Shown one piece after another: positions 50,823 to 60,101 of a DNA stretch of 64,000 bases. Under the pieces are notes generated by a model that saw only the letters and a list, made by a program, of their open reading frames with translations, was not told where the DNA came from and searched no databases. A program made the translations under genes and the position numbers. This stretch comes from Acidobacteriota bacterium (GTDB lineage: Bacteria; Acidobacteriota; CAIWXX01), in contig JBFMAF010000024.1 in NCBI GenBank assembly GCA_040755995.1, positions 32,001-96,000 on the forward strand. The letters are read 5' to 3'. Numbering within the stretch: the first letter of the stretch is position 1; each line of letters begins with the position of its first letter.

Positions 50823-51299
50823 ATGGCTGACGCCAACAGAATATTCGAAGTACTGGCCAAGTGGAACAGGTGGGCCGGGGTGGCGGCGGATACGGGATTC
50901 CCGCGCGACCTGACCAGGAGGATCCTTCTCGCCGTCGGCGGGCCTGAAGTCATCGCATTGCAAGGCATCCGCCGGTGCGGGAAATCGACGATCCTGTTCC
51001 AGGTCATGGATGCGTTGCTGGCCCGCGGCACGGATGCTCGCGATATCCTGTACATCAATTTCGACGAGCCGCTCTTCGCGGCGCGGGGCGCTGCGAATGT
51101 GCTCCCACAGCTCTACGAGATCTATCGCGAACGTCTCAATCCTGACCGCCACGCCTACGTGTTTCTCGATGAGGTTCAGCTGGTCCCAGAGTGGGAGAAA
51201 TGGGTCCGGTCGATCGTCGATTTGAAGGAGGCCAAAGTCATCGTCACCGGCTCCTCGTCGCGGCTACTGTCCCAGGAATACTCTGGAAATGGCTCTTGA
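50823..51299 (+). pseudogene. Truncated AAA_14 ATPase (DUF4143 half missing)
   Basis: GIRRCGKST, FLDEVQ, VTGSS then stop at 158 aa; no continuation seen. Confidence 0.8.
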
Positions 51300-51489
51300 G
51301 GCAGAACGGCGTGACGGACGGGAGTGTGCCGGTTCGTGGGATCCGGTCATGAACCAGGGGAGGTGGCGCAGGCTGTGGCTCCTCTCGCTCGATGCCATTC
51401 ATCCGCCGCATTGACAGCGGTGTTATTCTTGGCCCTGGCGGGTCTCGAGCGAGTGGCACGAGCCTGAATAACCGGCAGAGGAGAATATC

Positions 51490-52545
51490 GTGTCGCGCCT
51501 GGAATGGATGGAGAGAGTCGACCTGCTATGGTCGATGCTGCTGAAGGGGCCCGTCTCACTACAGAGTTTCACCGGGCGTCTCAAAGAGGAGGGGCTCTCT
51601 GAGAGGGGGCTCTCCCGACACGGGTTCTACCGGATGATCGCGATTCTGAGGCAGCGACACAGGGCCGAGATATCGTTCATCCAAAGCGGCCCGCGTAGAG
51701 GCTGCTGGAGTCTCAACCGCGACGATCCCGTCGCCAGAGTCCACGATGTCTCCGGCCTCTATCACAGCAGCGCCGAGCTTTTCGCATTCCTCGCCGTCTA
51801 CAGGTATCTGCAGAGTCTCCATCCCCTTACCGGCGAAGCAGCGGAAGACTCGGCCGTGTCGGAGATGGTCGAAACGATCGAACGACGCTTCAAGACGCAC
51901 CCGCGGCTGAGCCGGAACCTGAAGCGCCGGGTCAGAATTCTGCCGCTCGGCTCGGTCCCGTTCAACATAGACTGCTTCCACGCCGTCTCTCGAGCCCTCT
52001 TCGGCCGCAACAGACTGCACATCGAATACCGAAGCCTGCAGGACGGCCACCAGAGCGAACGCGTGATCTCGCCGCAACGACTCGTCTACTACCGCGACAA
52101 CTGGTATCTGGACGCATGGTGCCACGAGAAGAACGCGCTCCGCACTTTCGAGGCCGGCGGCATCCTGAGCGCCACGGTCCTCGATGACGACCTGCCAGCC
52201 AAGGAGATCAGCGACCGCGACCTGGACGATGTTCTTACCGCGGGCTACGGGATCTTCATGGGAAGCGGCACGAAGGAAGCCCGTCTGAGGTTCTCCTGGC
52301 CGGCCTCACTCCGCGTCTCGATGATGAACTGGCACCCGAATCAGAAAATCGAGAAGATTCCCGACGACCGGTCCGAACCGTTCGACTGCATTCTGACGCT
52401 GCGATACTCGAACGACCCGGAGCTCATCTCCGACATCTTGCGCTTCGGACCACAGGCCGAAGTGCTCGAGCCTCCGGAGCTGCGCCAGAAGATCGAGAGG
52501 AGCCTGCGGGCGGCGCGCACGACCTATAGCCGCCGTAGTTCATGA
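51490..52545 (+). CDS. WYL-domain transcriptional regulator (wHTH-WYL-WCX)
   Basis: SERVISPQRLVYYRDNWYLDAWCH; C-terminal ILRFGPQAEVLEPPELR. Confidence 0.92.
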   Translation: MSRLEWMERVDLLWSMLLKGPVSLQSFTGRLKEEGLSERGLSRHGFYRMIAILRQRHRAEISFIQSGPRRGCWSLNRDDPVARVHDVSGLYHSSAELFAFLAVYRYLQSLHPLTGEAAEDSAVSEMVETIERRFKTHPRLSRNLKRRVRILPLGSVPFNIDCFHAVSRALFGRNRLHIEYRSLQDGHQSERVISPQRLVYYRDNWYLDAWCHEKNALRTFEAGGILSATVLDDDLPAKEISDRDLDDVLTAGYGIFMGSGTKEARLRFSWPASLRVSMMNWHPNQKIEKIPDDRSEPFDCILTLRYSNDPELISDILRFGPQAEVLEPPELRQKIERSLRAARTTYSRRSS

Positions 52546-52566
52546 CGCGTCCGGCAATCTGGTTCC
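52370..52566 (+). repeat. 197-bp direct repeat, copy 1 (WYL 3' end)
   Basis: 5 mismatches versus 53906-54102. Confidence 0.95.
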
Positions 52567-52697
52567 GATCCGCATGATGCGGGCCTCTCCTACGGAATGT
52601 GGGCCTTGACTGCTTCCCGGGGACATCGTCATTTCCAGCCGTGTTCGATGGCATCGGTCTGGCAATACTGCGATAATGCGATTTCGCGTCACTTGCC

Positions 52698-53519
52698 ATG
52701 GAGAAGAGAGAACAGATGAGACTCAAGCTCGATCGGCCCATCGCCTTCCTGGACATCGAGGCGACGGGCAAAAATGCGGTTACCGAACGCCTCATCGACC
52801 TGGCCGTGATCAAGGTGCATCCAGACGGCAAACTGGAGAAGCACTACTGGCGCGTCAACCCGGAGCGGCCGATTCCGGCCGAGGCCACCGCGATCCACCG
52901 CATCAGGGACAAGGACGTCGCCGGCAAGCCCATCTTCAAGGCCGTCGCCAGACAGATAGCAGCGGTCCTGGAGGGCTGCGACCTCGGCGGGTTTGGCATC
53001 ATCCGGTTCGACGTCCCGATGCTGGCCGCGGAGTTCAAGCGAGCCGGGATGGACTTCGCGCTCAAGGACGCGCGAATCGTCGATGCCCTGGCCATCTTCC
53101 ACCAACGGGAGCGGCGGGACCTGCGTGCCGCCGTGAAGTTCTATCTCGAGCAAGACTTTCCGGGTGCGCACGGCGCCGTCGAAGATGCCGAGGCGGCGCT
53201 GAGGGTGCTTGAGGCGCAGCTCGACCGTTATCCCGACCTGCCGGCCGAGGTCGACGGCCTCGATACGCTGTACAATCCTCGGGACCCCAACGCCGTCGAC
53301 CTGGAAGGCAGGCTCGTGTGGGTCGGAGACGATGTCACGATCGGCTTCGGCAAGTACAAGGGGAAGACTCTGCGCGAGCTCGCCAAGGACGACCCCCACT
53401 TCCTCCAGTGGATCCTCAAGAAGGAGTTCTCCGACGAGGTCAAAGGCATCGTCCAGGATGCCCTCGAAGGGCGATTCCCGAGTCGATCCTCCGGCAACGG
53501 CGGAGAGATTCCGTCTTGA
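52698..53519 (+). CDS. DEDDh 3'-5' exonuclease (DnaQ-like) with C-terminal FGKYKG domain
   Basis: FLDIEATG, FDVPML, HGAVEDA, GFGKYKG. Confidence 0.92.
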   Translation: MEKREQMRLKLDRPIAFLDIEATGKNAVTERLIDLAVIKVHPDGKLEKHYWRVNPERPIPAEATAIHRIRDKDVAGKPIFKAVARQIAAVLEGCDLGGFGIIRFDVPMLAAEFKRAGMDFALKDARIVDALAIFHQRERRDLRAAVKFYLEQDFPGAHGAVEDAEAALRVLEAQLDRYPDLPAEVDGLDTLYNPRDPNAVDLEGRLVWVGDDVTIGFGKYKGKTLRELAKDDPHFLQWILKKEFSDEVKGIVQDALEGRFPSRSSGNGGEIPS

Positions 53520-53749
53520 GGTAACAGATGGTGTGTCAGGAGCACGTCCACCGTCATGAGCTATGCCGGCGACTGCGGGCTGGAAAGTCTCCAGCCGCAC
53601 AGCGACGACTATTTCCACGTGGTCAGCCTGGACGAGATCAATGAACGCATCGACATCTCCGGCCGAGATTTCACCATGGCGCAGAAAGAAACCCCCAGGC
53701 AGCCCTCCGCCGCAAACGATTTGAGCCCGGGCGTGCCGGAGGTTCGGCA

Positions 53750-53905
53750 ATGCCGATCCGCACCCTGATCGTCGACGACGAACTCATCGCGCGACGCGGA
53801 ATCCGGAGGAACCTGAGCCGCGAGCCGGATAATTCCTACGGATCAGCCGATCGATCATCGTCAACACCCGGCGCATCAAGGAGCTGAACCCGCTACTCGC
53901 CGCCG
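53750..53905 (+). pseudogene. Collapsed LytTR-family response regulator remnant
   Basis: GGAGG RBS + [27 protein letters not shown] (REC start), then in another frame FLRISRSIIVNTRRIKELNP (LytTR motif). Confidence 0.75.
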
Positions 53906-54102
53906 GGTCCGAACCGTTCGACTGCATTCTGACGCTGCGATACTCGAACGACCCGGAGCTCATCTCCGACATATTGCGTTTCGGACCACAGGCCGAAGTG
54001 CTCGAGCCTCCGGAGCTGCGCCAGAAGATCGAGAAGAGCCTGCGGGCGGCGCGCACGACCTATAGCCGCCGTAAGTCATGACGCGTCCGGCAATCTGGTT
54101 CC
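53906..54102 (+). repeat. 197-bp direct repeat, copy 2 (orphan WYL 3' end)
   Basis: 5 mismatches versus 52370-52566. Confidence 0.95.
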
Positions 54103-54336
54103 TACAACTCGCTGACATCGCGCTTCGATGCTGGATACGATTTCGATACAGCGCGTGCATACACTACTTCCAGGAGCCATGAATGAAGGCGACAGACCGG
54201 GCGCAGGTGCCTGAGACGCAGGAACTGGAGGCATGATCCGTAGTGTCGTGCGTGAGCCCCGGGGGTTGGTGCGCTTTCCGGGGTTGAACCTCCCGCCCGT
54301 TCCGCCGCATCTGAGGGCGCACAGCAAGGAGGAGTC

Positions 54337-54525
54337 ATGACAGAAGCAATCTTCGCAACGCTTGTCCTCGTTTCAGCGACGGCTCTCGCCGCCTGCATCG
54401 CCTGGGTCGTCATGAGGTTCCGGATCACCTCCGGAGCTGACCGGGCAATTGTCGCAAACCGGCCCCAATGCACCGCCTCCGGCGGGTCGCTCCAAGACGC
54501 GGGCATGAAGATGAACCTGGGCTAG
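54337..54525 (+). CDS. Small membrane protein or gene fragment
   Basis: AAGGAGGAG RBS, one TM helix. Confidence 0.4.
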   Translation: MTEAIFATLVLVSATALAACIAWVVMRFRITSGADRAIVANRPQCTASGGSLQDAGMKMNLG

Positions 54526-54563
54526 CAGCGCTCGCTCTGGATTCGCGGAGCACGTAAAGAGCC

Positions 54564-55949
54564 ATGGAAGTCCTGTGGGCCATCGGACTCGCAGTCCTGT
54601 TGCTCGCCTCGGTCGCCCAGGTGCTGGCTCTGAGGCGGCGGCTGGAATCCGGACTTTCGTCGGTGATCGCCAGGCTCGAGTCGGTCGAAAAAGCATCCGA
54701 GCGTGGAGAACGCGCGGTGCGAGAGGAGAGCATCTGGAGCAGGGAGGAGTCGAGCCGGCAGGCGCGCTCTCTGCGCGAGGAGCTCGCGGCCACGCTCAAG
54801 GGAGTGAGCGACACGCTCGTCAGGGCGACCGGGGAGATGCTCGCTTCGGGACGAGACCAGCTCGATAGGTTCGCAGCTCAGATCGCCAGGCTCACCGAGT
54901 CGAATGAACGGAAGCTGGAGGAGATGCGGAGCACACTTGAGCAGAAGCTGGTGAGACTTCAGGAGGACAACTCCCGAAAACTGGACGAGATGCGAAAGAC
55001 GGTGGACGAGAAGCTCGAGTCTACGCTGCACAAGCGGCTCGGAGAATCGTTCGGGCTGGTCAGCGAGCGTCTCGAGCAGGTGCACAAAGGTCTGGGTGAG
55101 ATGCAGGCGCTCGCGAGCGGCGTCGGCGATCTCAAGAAGGTGTTGACCAACGTCAAGGCGCGAGGCACCTGGGGCGAAATCCAGCTCGGCAACCTGCTGG
55201 AGCAGGTTCTGAGCCCCGAGCAGTACTCGAGAAACGTTGTGACCAAGGAAGGGAGCGGCGAGCGGGTGGACTTCGTCGTCAATCTGCCGGGACGAGACGA
55301 AATGGAAGGGCAGACTGTCTGGCTGCCGATCGACGCCAAGTTCCCGAAGGAGGACTTCGAGCGTATGGTGGACGCATCGGAGAGGGGCGATGCGCAGGGG
55401 GTCGAGGACGCCGGCTGCAGGCTCGAATCGCAGCTCAGGAGCTCGGCCAGGGAGATTCAGGAGAAGTACCTGAACCCGCCGAGAACAACCGATTTCGGCG
55501 TCATGTTTCTGCCGTCCGAGGGCCTGTACGCGGAGGTCCTGCGCCGGCCGGGTCTGGTCGAGCAGCTGCAGCGAGACTGTCGCATCAGTATCGCAGGCCC
55601 GACAACACTGGCCGCCCTGCTGAACAGCCTCCAGATGGGCTTCCGCACGCTCGCCATCCAGAAACGGGCAGGCGAGGTCTGGACAGTGCTCGGGACAGTG
55701 AAGACCGAGTTCGAAAGATTCGGCGATGTGATCGGCAAGGTGCAGAAGAAGCTGCAGGAAGCAGGCAACGTGATCGACAACGCAGCGGCAAGAACGCGGG
55801 CAATCCAGAGGCAGCTGAATCGTGTGCAGGAGCTTCCGGCCGCCGGCGCATCGGCTCCCCTGGACGCCATGGAGCGAGAGGACAAAGGCGAGGAGCCGGG
55901 GCGGCGAAACGGGACGGAGCGCCCACAGGGCGTCGACCGAATACCGTAG
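54564..55949 (+). CDS. rmuC: DNA recombination protein RmuC
   Basis: TM + coiled coil, RGTWGEIQL, LPIDAKFP, MFLPSEGLYAE, GPTTLAA. Confidence 0.95.
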   Translation: MEVLWAIGLAVLLLASVAQVLALRRRLESGLSSVIARLESVEKASERGERAVREESIWSREESSRQARSLREELAATLKGVSDTLVRATGEMLASGRDQLDRFAAQIARLTESNERKLEEMRSTLEQKLVRLQEDNSRKLDEMRKTVDEKLESTLHKRLGESFGLVSERLEQVHKGLGEMQALASGVGDLKKVLTNVKARGTWGEIQLGNLLEQVLSPEQYSRNVVTKEGSGERVDFVVNLPGRDEMEGQTVWLPIDAKFPKEDFERMVDASERGDAQGVEDAGCRLESQLRSSAREIQEKYLNPPRTTDFGVMFLPSEGLYAEVLRRPGLVEQLQRDCRISIAGPTTLAALLNSLQMGFRTLAIQKRAGEVWTVLGTVKTEFERFGDVIGKVQKKLQEAGNVIDNAAARTRAIQRQLNRVQELPAAGASAPLDAMEREDKGEEPGRRNGTERPQGVDRIP

Positions 55950-56392
55950 CAGCGCCCGGGCAATCACCAAGCTGACTGCGCGGTGCGAGTTCAGCACGAG
56001 GGGGTGCGATGCGGTGGCATTGCTGCAAGCAGGGCCGCGAGGCTCGTGAACTCGGAGATCCGCAGATGACGCGGAATTCACAGAGGTGGTCCCTCCCTGA
56101 AGGCGATTTCCAATTGCGCAAGCTGTCTTGTGCGAAAAACGACACCGTGCTTCGAAGTTGCCATCGTGAGCCTCCTCTCTCGCTTTGAGCGTAGCCGTCC
56201 AACCGCAGGATCTGAAGTGATGGCCGTCACCATGCGGCGCGAGGGGCCGGCCGCCACGTGCCGCTGCGGTGCCCCAGCCGACTGGCGAACTTCTCGGTTA
56301 CAGCAACAACGACGTGATCGCCGGCGATGTAGAATAGGTTGCGGAGGCGCGGGCGGGGCCGCGCCTCGCTGCTCGGTAGGAAGGAGGCCCTA

Positions 56393-57043
56393 ATGCTTCT
56401 GGGAGACAAGGAGAAGAAACAGCTCGCGGAGCTGTTCGCCCAACTCAAGAACCCGGTGAGGCTTGTGAACTTCACACAGGAGCTCGAGTGCCAGTTCTGC
56501 CACGAGACTCGAACGCTCATGGAAGAAGTGGCTGCTGCTTCGGACAAGATTCGAGTCGAAGTCTACAACTTCCAGATCGACAAGGACATGGTGGAGGCAT
56601 ACAAGATCGACAAGATTCCGGCGACGGTGATCGAAGGGGAGAAGGACTACGGGATCCGGCTCTACGGCATCCCCTCCGGCTACGAATTCACCTCGCTCAT
56701 CGATGCGATCATAGGTGCGTCCAAAGGGGAGAGCGGGTTGAGCGAAAAGACGCGCGGAGCCCTGCGAGGGTTGACCAGCGATGTGCACCTGCAGGTGTTC
56801 GTGACACCCACCTGACCGTACTGCCCGCGAGCCGTGATGCTCGCCAATCGGATGGCAATCGAGAGCGACCGGGTGCGCGCCGACACGATTGAAGCGACCG
56901 AGTTCCCCCACCTCGCGATCAAGTACTCGGTGATGGGAGTTCCGCGGACGGTGATAAACGAATACACGCACATCGAGGGCGCTCAGCGCGAGCCGATGTT
57001 GCTGCAGAAGATACTCGGCGCGGTCGCGTCGAAGGGGGCGTGA
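56393..57043 (+). CDS. Protein-disulfide oxidoreductase (two thioredoxin folds, AhpF-NTD/PDO family), probable selenoprotein (TGA 56813-56815)
   Basis: CQFC, then FVTPT-TGA-PYC in one frame continuing to VMGVP; AAGGAGG RBS; hairpin just after TGA. Confidence 0.9.
56827..56844 (+). promoter_or_regulatory. SECIS-like hairpin
   Basis: GCGAGC-CGTGAT-GCTCGC, 11 nt after in-frame TGA, G in second loop position. Confidence 0.7.
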
Positions 57044-57147
57044 GCATCCGGAACTGGTGCGCGATCGCCGCGCGCAGCTGAGCTCTGTGCGTCCGGTCGA
57101 CCTCTCCCTGCTCTATACAGCGCGACATGAGTCGCGCTGTATGTCCC

Positions 57148-59814
57148 TCAGCTCTCTTCGCTGAACGGGTTGGGCTCGATCCGCGTGTTGACGAGAGCTT
57201 CGAGAGGGTCGAGCTCTTGCGGAGCGTGGGCTGAAGGCTGTGCGGCGTCCGCGGTGTCATCCTCAGCAACGCCGCAGGACTCGCCGTAGTCCAGGACGGT
57301 GACGATGCCGTTGTGCAGCACAAGACACTCCTGCACCGCCGTCTCGGCACGCATCCTGTAACTCTCGATCAGCGCCTGCGTGACGCCCCGGCCGGCCCGG
57401 CCCGGCTGCCGCGCGCGCCGTTCGACAGCATCGCGCGAACAGAGCCGAACGTAGGCGTCCAGTAGCCTGGGGTAGATTATCTCACCGAAGAACGCGTGGA
57501 TGTCCGGGTTCACTTCGCGCGGCACGCGCTTGAGGAAGCCCATGGCCTCGCGGTATTCGCTGGTGAACATCTTCCGATTCGCATCGGCCGACGACACGAG
57601 GATCTGCGTCAGGTGCTCGGCAAGACGAACCCTGAGGGGCTCCTCGGAGAAGACGAGCACGTCCTCCTGAGCGATCGTTCGGACTGAGGTCTTCACGAGA
57701 TCCTGAGCCTCCGGCGGCTCCAGCGGATACAGTCTCATGGTGTAGGGGAGGAGCTTCTCGACAAACAGCCGCCTCTCAGCGAGCCTTGCGGGCAATCTCT
57801 CGGCGTAGTCGTGCTCGCCCACCGCAGGAACGGAGTCCGGCGAGAGCGGCCGAAGGCCTCCCGCCTCTCCTGCCATCAGCTGGTCGACCTGCAGGTTCCC
57901 AAGGCTCAGCAGAAACATCTGCACTGTGCCCAGCGGGCGTTGGATATCCAGGAGGTCCTTCATCGCCTCCCGCGGTGCGCCGCCGCGCGGCCGTTCGAGG
58001 GAGGCGTCGAGGTTTTTCACCAGGACCATCTTGATGCTATCCAGGGCCTGGGAGACCCTCAGCACATGCTCGCCGAAGAACGTATCGTAGTGGCGCTGGA
58101 TGGCCGAGCTCTCGACCAGGCTGCGTACGTCAGGGTCGGCGAGCACTCCACCTCTGAGAGCGAAATAGTCCATGGTCTCGGACGGGGCACCCATCAGGAC
58201 GTCGTGCCTTTCGAGGCGGCGCGTGTACTTCACACCGTCGAGCACGGCATCCCAGCGTGAAGGCTCAGCGCGCAAGAACGCATCCATGCCTATCTTGCGG
58301 AATCCTTCGAGGAGGCGTTGCCACGAGGACGTGCCGCGTGCCGTCGCCGGCAGGGCCAATCCAAGGAACTCGGCGATGAGGGGCAGGAGTTCGGCCGCGG
58401 TCCTCTGCTCCTGTCCCATTTCGATCGAACGTCTGACCTGATAGGTACTGGCCAGGAAGGTATTCAAGCGCGTCTCTTCCCTCAGCGAGATGTCCTTGGT
58501 GACAAGCGATTGCGCGAATCCGCTCATCGAGTTGAGCATGTACGCGGTGGCATCGAGGTGCCGGAGCGCGCTATGGAGACCCTCGAAGGGAGTGTAGTCG
58601 GCCAGAATGTCCGCCAGTTTCGCCTGCAACATCTGGCTCTTCTCCTGATCCTGAAACGGAAGCACGGCGGAGAGGGTCGTCGCCAGGCGATTCCTGATGG
58701 CTTCCAGGGTCGCGGCCGGAGGCAAGGTCCTCAATTGCGCCACCATGCCCTGAAGGTGATTCAGGGTCTCGGGGGTACCGGCCGTGTAGAATTGAGGTAG
58801 AGCGCGCGTCCAGCGTATCACCTGGTAACTCAGATACGCGTGCTCCTCGAAGAGCGCCGTCTCCAGCGCCCGGTCCACGACCTCCCCGATCGCGCGCATA
58901 GCCTCGACGTCCGACTCGATACGGAAATCGTAATCTCGCAGGCTTTCAAGCCGCCGCAAGATGGGCGACACACAGGAGTACGTGAAACAGTCGGCCGGCA
59001 CGTGCGCGATCGCAGCGCGGTGAGTTTCCGCCACAGTCTCCATGATGGCGTCCCTACAGACTCGGCTCATCAGCTCGCGCATCGGGGGCTCCAGCAGCTG
59101 GAACAGCCCCTGGTCCTGGTCTTGCCGTTCGATCAGCTGGCAGATTACGGACGCGAACTCAACTGTTTCCGCAAAGACCGGCACCAGGTGATCGGCGACG
59201 CCCATGAACATGTATGTGTCCGGCGGGCACTGGGATGCGCAGAAGGCCAGAACCTTTCGACGCAGCCGCGGCTCTAGAAACGGAGCCGCCGCGCAAAGCT
59301 GCTCCAGGATCATCTTCGCGAGCCGCAGTTGGTTCTGATCGTCCTGATTCAGCAGGTTGCGGTCGCGCAGGGCAATAGCCACATGACAGGTGTAGGCGAG
59401 CGCCTCGAGCCGCGCAGCACCCTCATCCGCTCCAGCCGAGCCCGCGTGGGCCGATCCGCCCTCGCTCACGGAGCCGCGCAAGAACTCCGAGATTCGGTCC
59501 CTCAGCCCGAGCCGGTCCTGGGAAAACCCGGCGAGCTGTGGTTGACCGGCCAGGAACCCGTCCACCGACCACGCGGCGAGATCCCTGGCACGAATCCCTG
59601 CGGGCGTACCGGGCCGCGCTGCCGGATGTGCATCCTGTGGTGAGGCTTCTTCTCCCGGGGCAACCTCTGCGCGCGCGGGCGCGCCGGTAGGCAGTGCTTC
59701 GGCCTGCTCGCCCGAACGGCTGCGGTGAGTCTCGCCGCTCGGAGACCGCCTGGGCGAATCCTCCGGCGGGCCCTGTTTGCCCCGGCCCCGCGTCCTGGCT
59801 CCAAATCGCTGCAC
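57148..59814 (-). CDS. Large hypothetical all-alpha protein
   Basis: ~890-codon ORF; GTG start with GGAGG RBS inferred; no recognised motif. Confidence 0.75.
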   Translation of the reverse strand: MQRFGARTRGRGKQGPPEDSPRRSPSGETHRSRSGEQAEALPTGAPARAEVAPGEEASPQDAHPAARPGTPAGIRARDLAAWSVDGFLAGQPQLAGFSQDRLGLRDRISEFLRGSVSEGGSAHAGSAGADEGAARLEALAYTCHVAIALRDRNLLNQDDQNQLRLAKMILEQLCAAAPFLEPRLRRKVLAFCASQCPPDTYMFMGVADHLVPVFAETVEFASVICQLIERQDQDQGLFQLLEPPMRELMSRVCRDAIMETVAETHRAAIAHVPADCFTYSCVSPILRRLESLRDYDFRIESDVEAMRAIGEVVDRALETALFEEHAYLSYQVIRWTRALPQFYTAGTPETLNHLQGMVAQLRTLPPAATLEAIRNRLATTLSAVLPFQDQEKSQMLQAKLADILADYTPFEGLHSALRHLDATAYMLNSMSGFAQSLVTKDISLREETRLNTFLASTYQVRRSIEMGQEQRTAAELLPLIAEFLGLALPATARGTSSWQRLLEGFRKIGMDAFLRAEPSRWDAVLDGVKYTRRLERHDVLMGAPSETMDYFALRGGVLADPDVRSLVESSAIQRHYDTFFGEHVLRVSQALDSIKMVLVKNLDASLERPRGGAPREAMKDLLDIQRPLGTVQMFLLSLGNLQVDQLMAGEAGGLRPLSPDSVPAVGEHDYAERLPARLAERRLFVEKLLPYTMRLYPLEPPEAQDLVKTSVRTIAQEDVLVFSEEPLRVRLAEHLTQILVSSADANRKMFTSEYREAMGFLKRVPREVNPDIHAFFGEIIYPRLLDAYVRLCSRDAVERRARQPGRAGRGVTQALIESYRMRAETAVQECLVLHNGIVTVLDYGESCGVAEDDTADAAQPSAHAPQELDPLEALVNTRIEPNPFSEES

Positions 59815-60007
59815 CGCCCTGCCCTCCAACCTGGCGAATCCGCGCGATCCGTGAGAGCGCGCCACCGAGCAGGCATAGCGGACCCGGGTGCCTACGCACA
59901 CCCGGCCTCGCGCCGAAACATCGAACCGTCGCGTTGATTCGTCTCTACGTGGAAGACTATATCTCGACAACGCCGCGACTTCAACCCCGCATCGCGCCCC
60001 GATCTAT

Positions 60008-60033
60008 CAACTGCCGGCTGACAACTATCAACT
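60008..60033 (+). repeat. Heptamer tandem repeat, CAACTGA family
   Basis: CAACTGC CGGCTGA CAACTAT CAACT. Confidence 0.6.
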
Positions 60034-60101
60034 CGGCGTTCATATATGGTCGGCTTGAGGTGCGCACAGCGCTTTGCACTCGAACGTGGATTTCCCGTAA
60101 C

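Noticed and set aside
52370..54102. DGR template/variable repeat pair
   Set aside because: Only 3 of 5 mismatches involve adenine, no reverse transcriptase in the window, and WYL is not a typical DGR target
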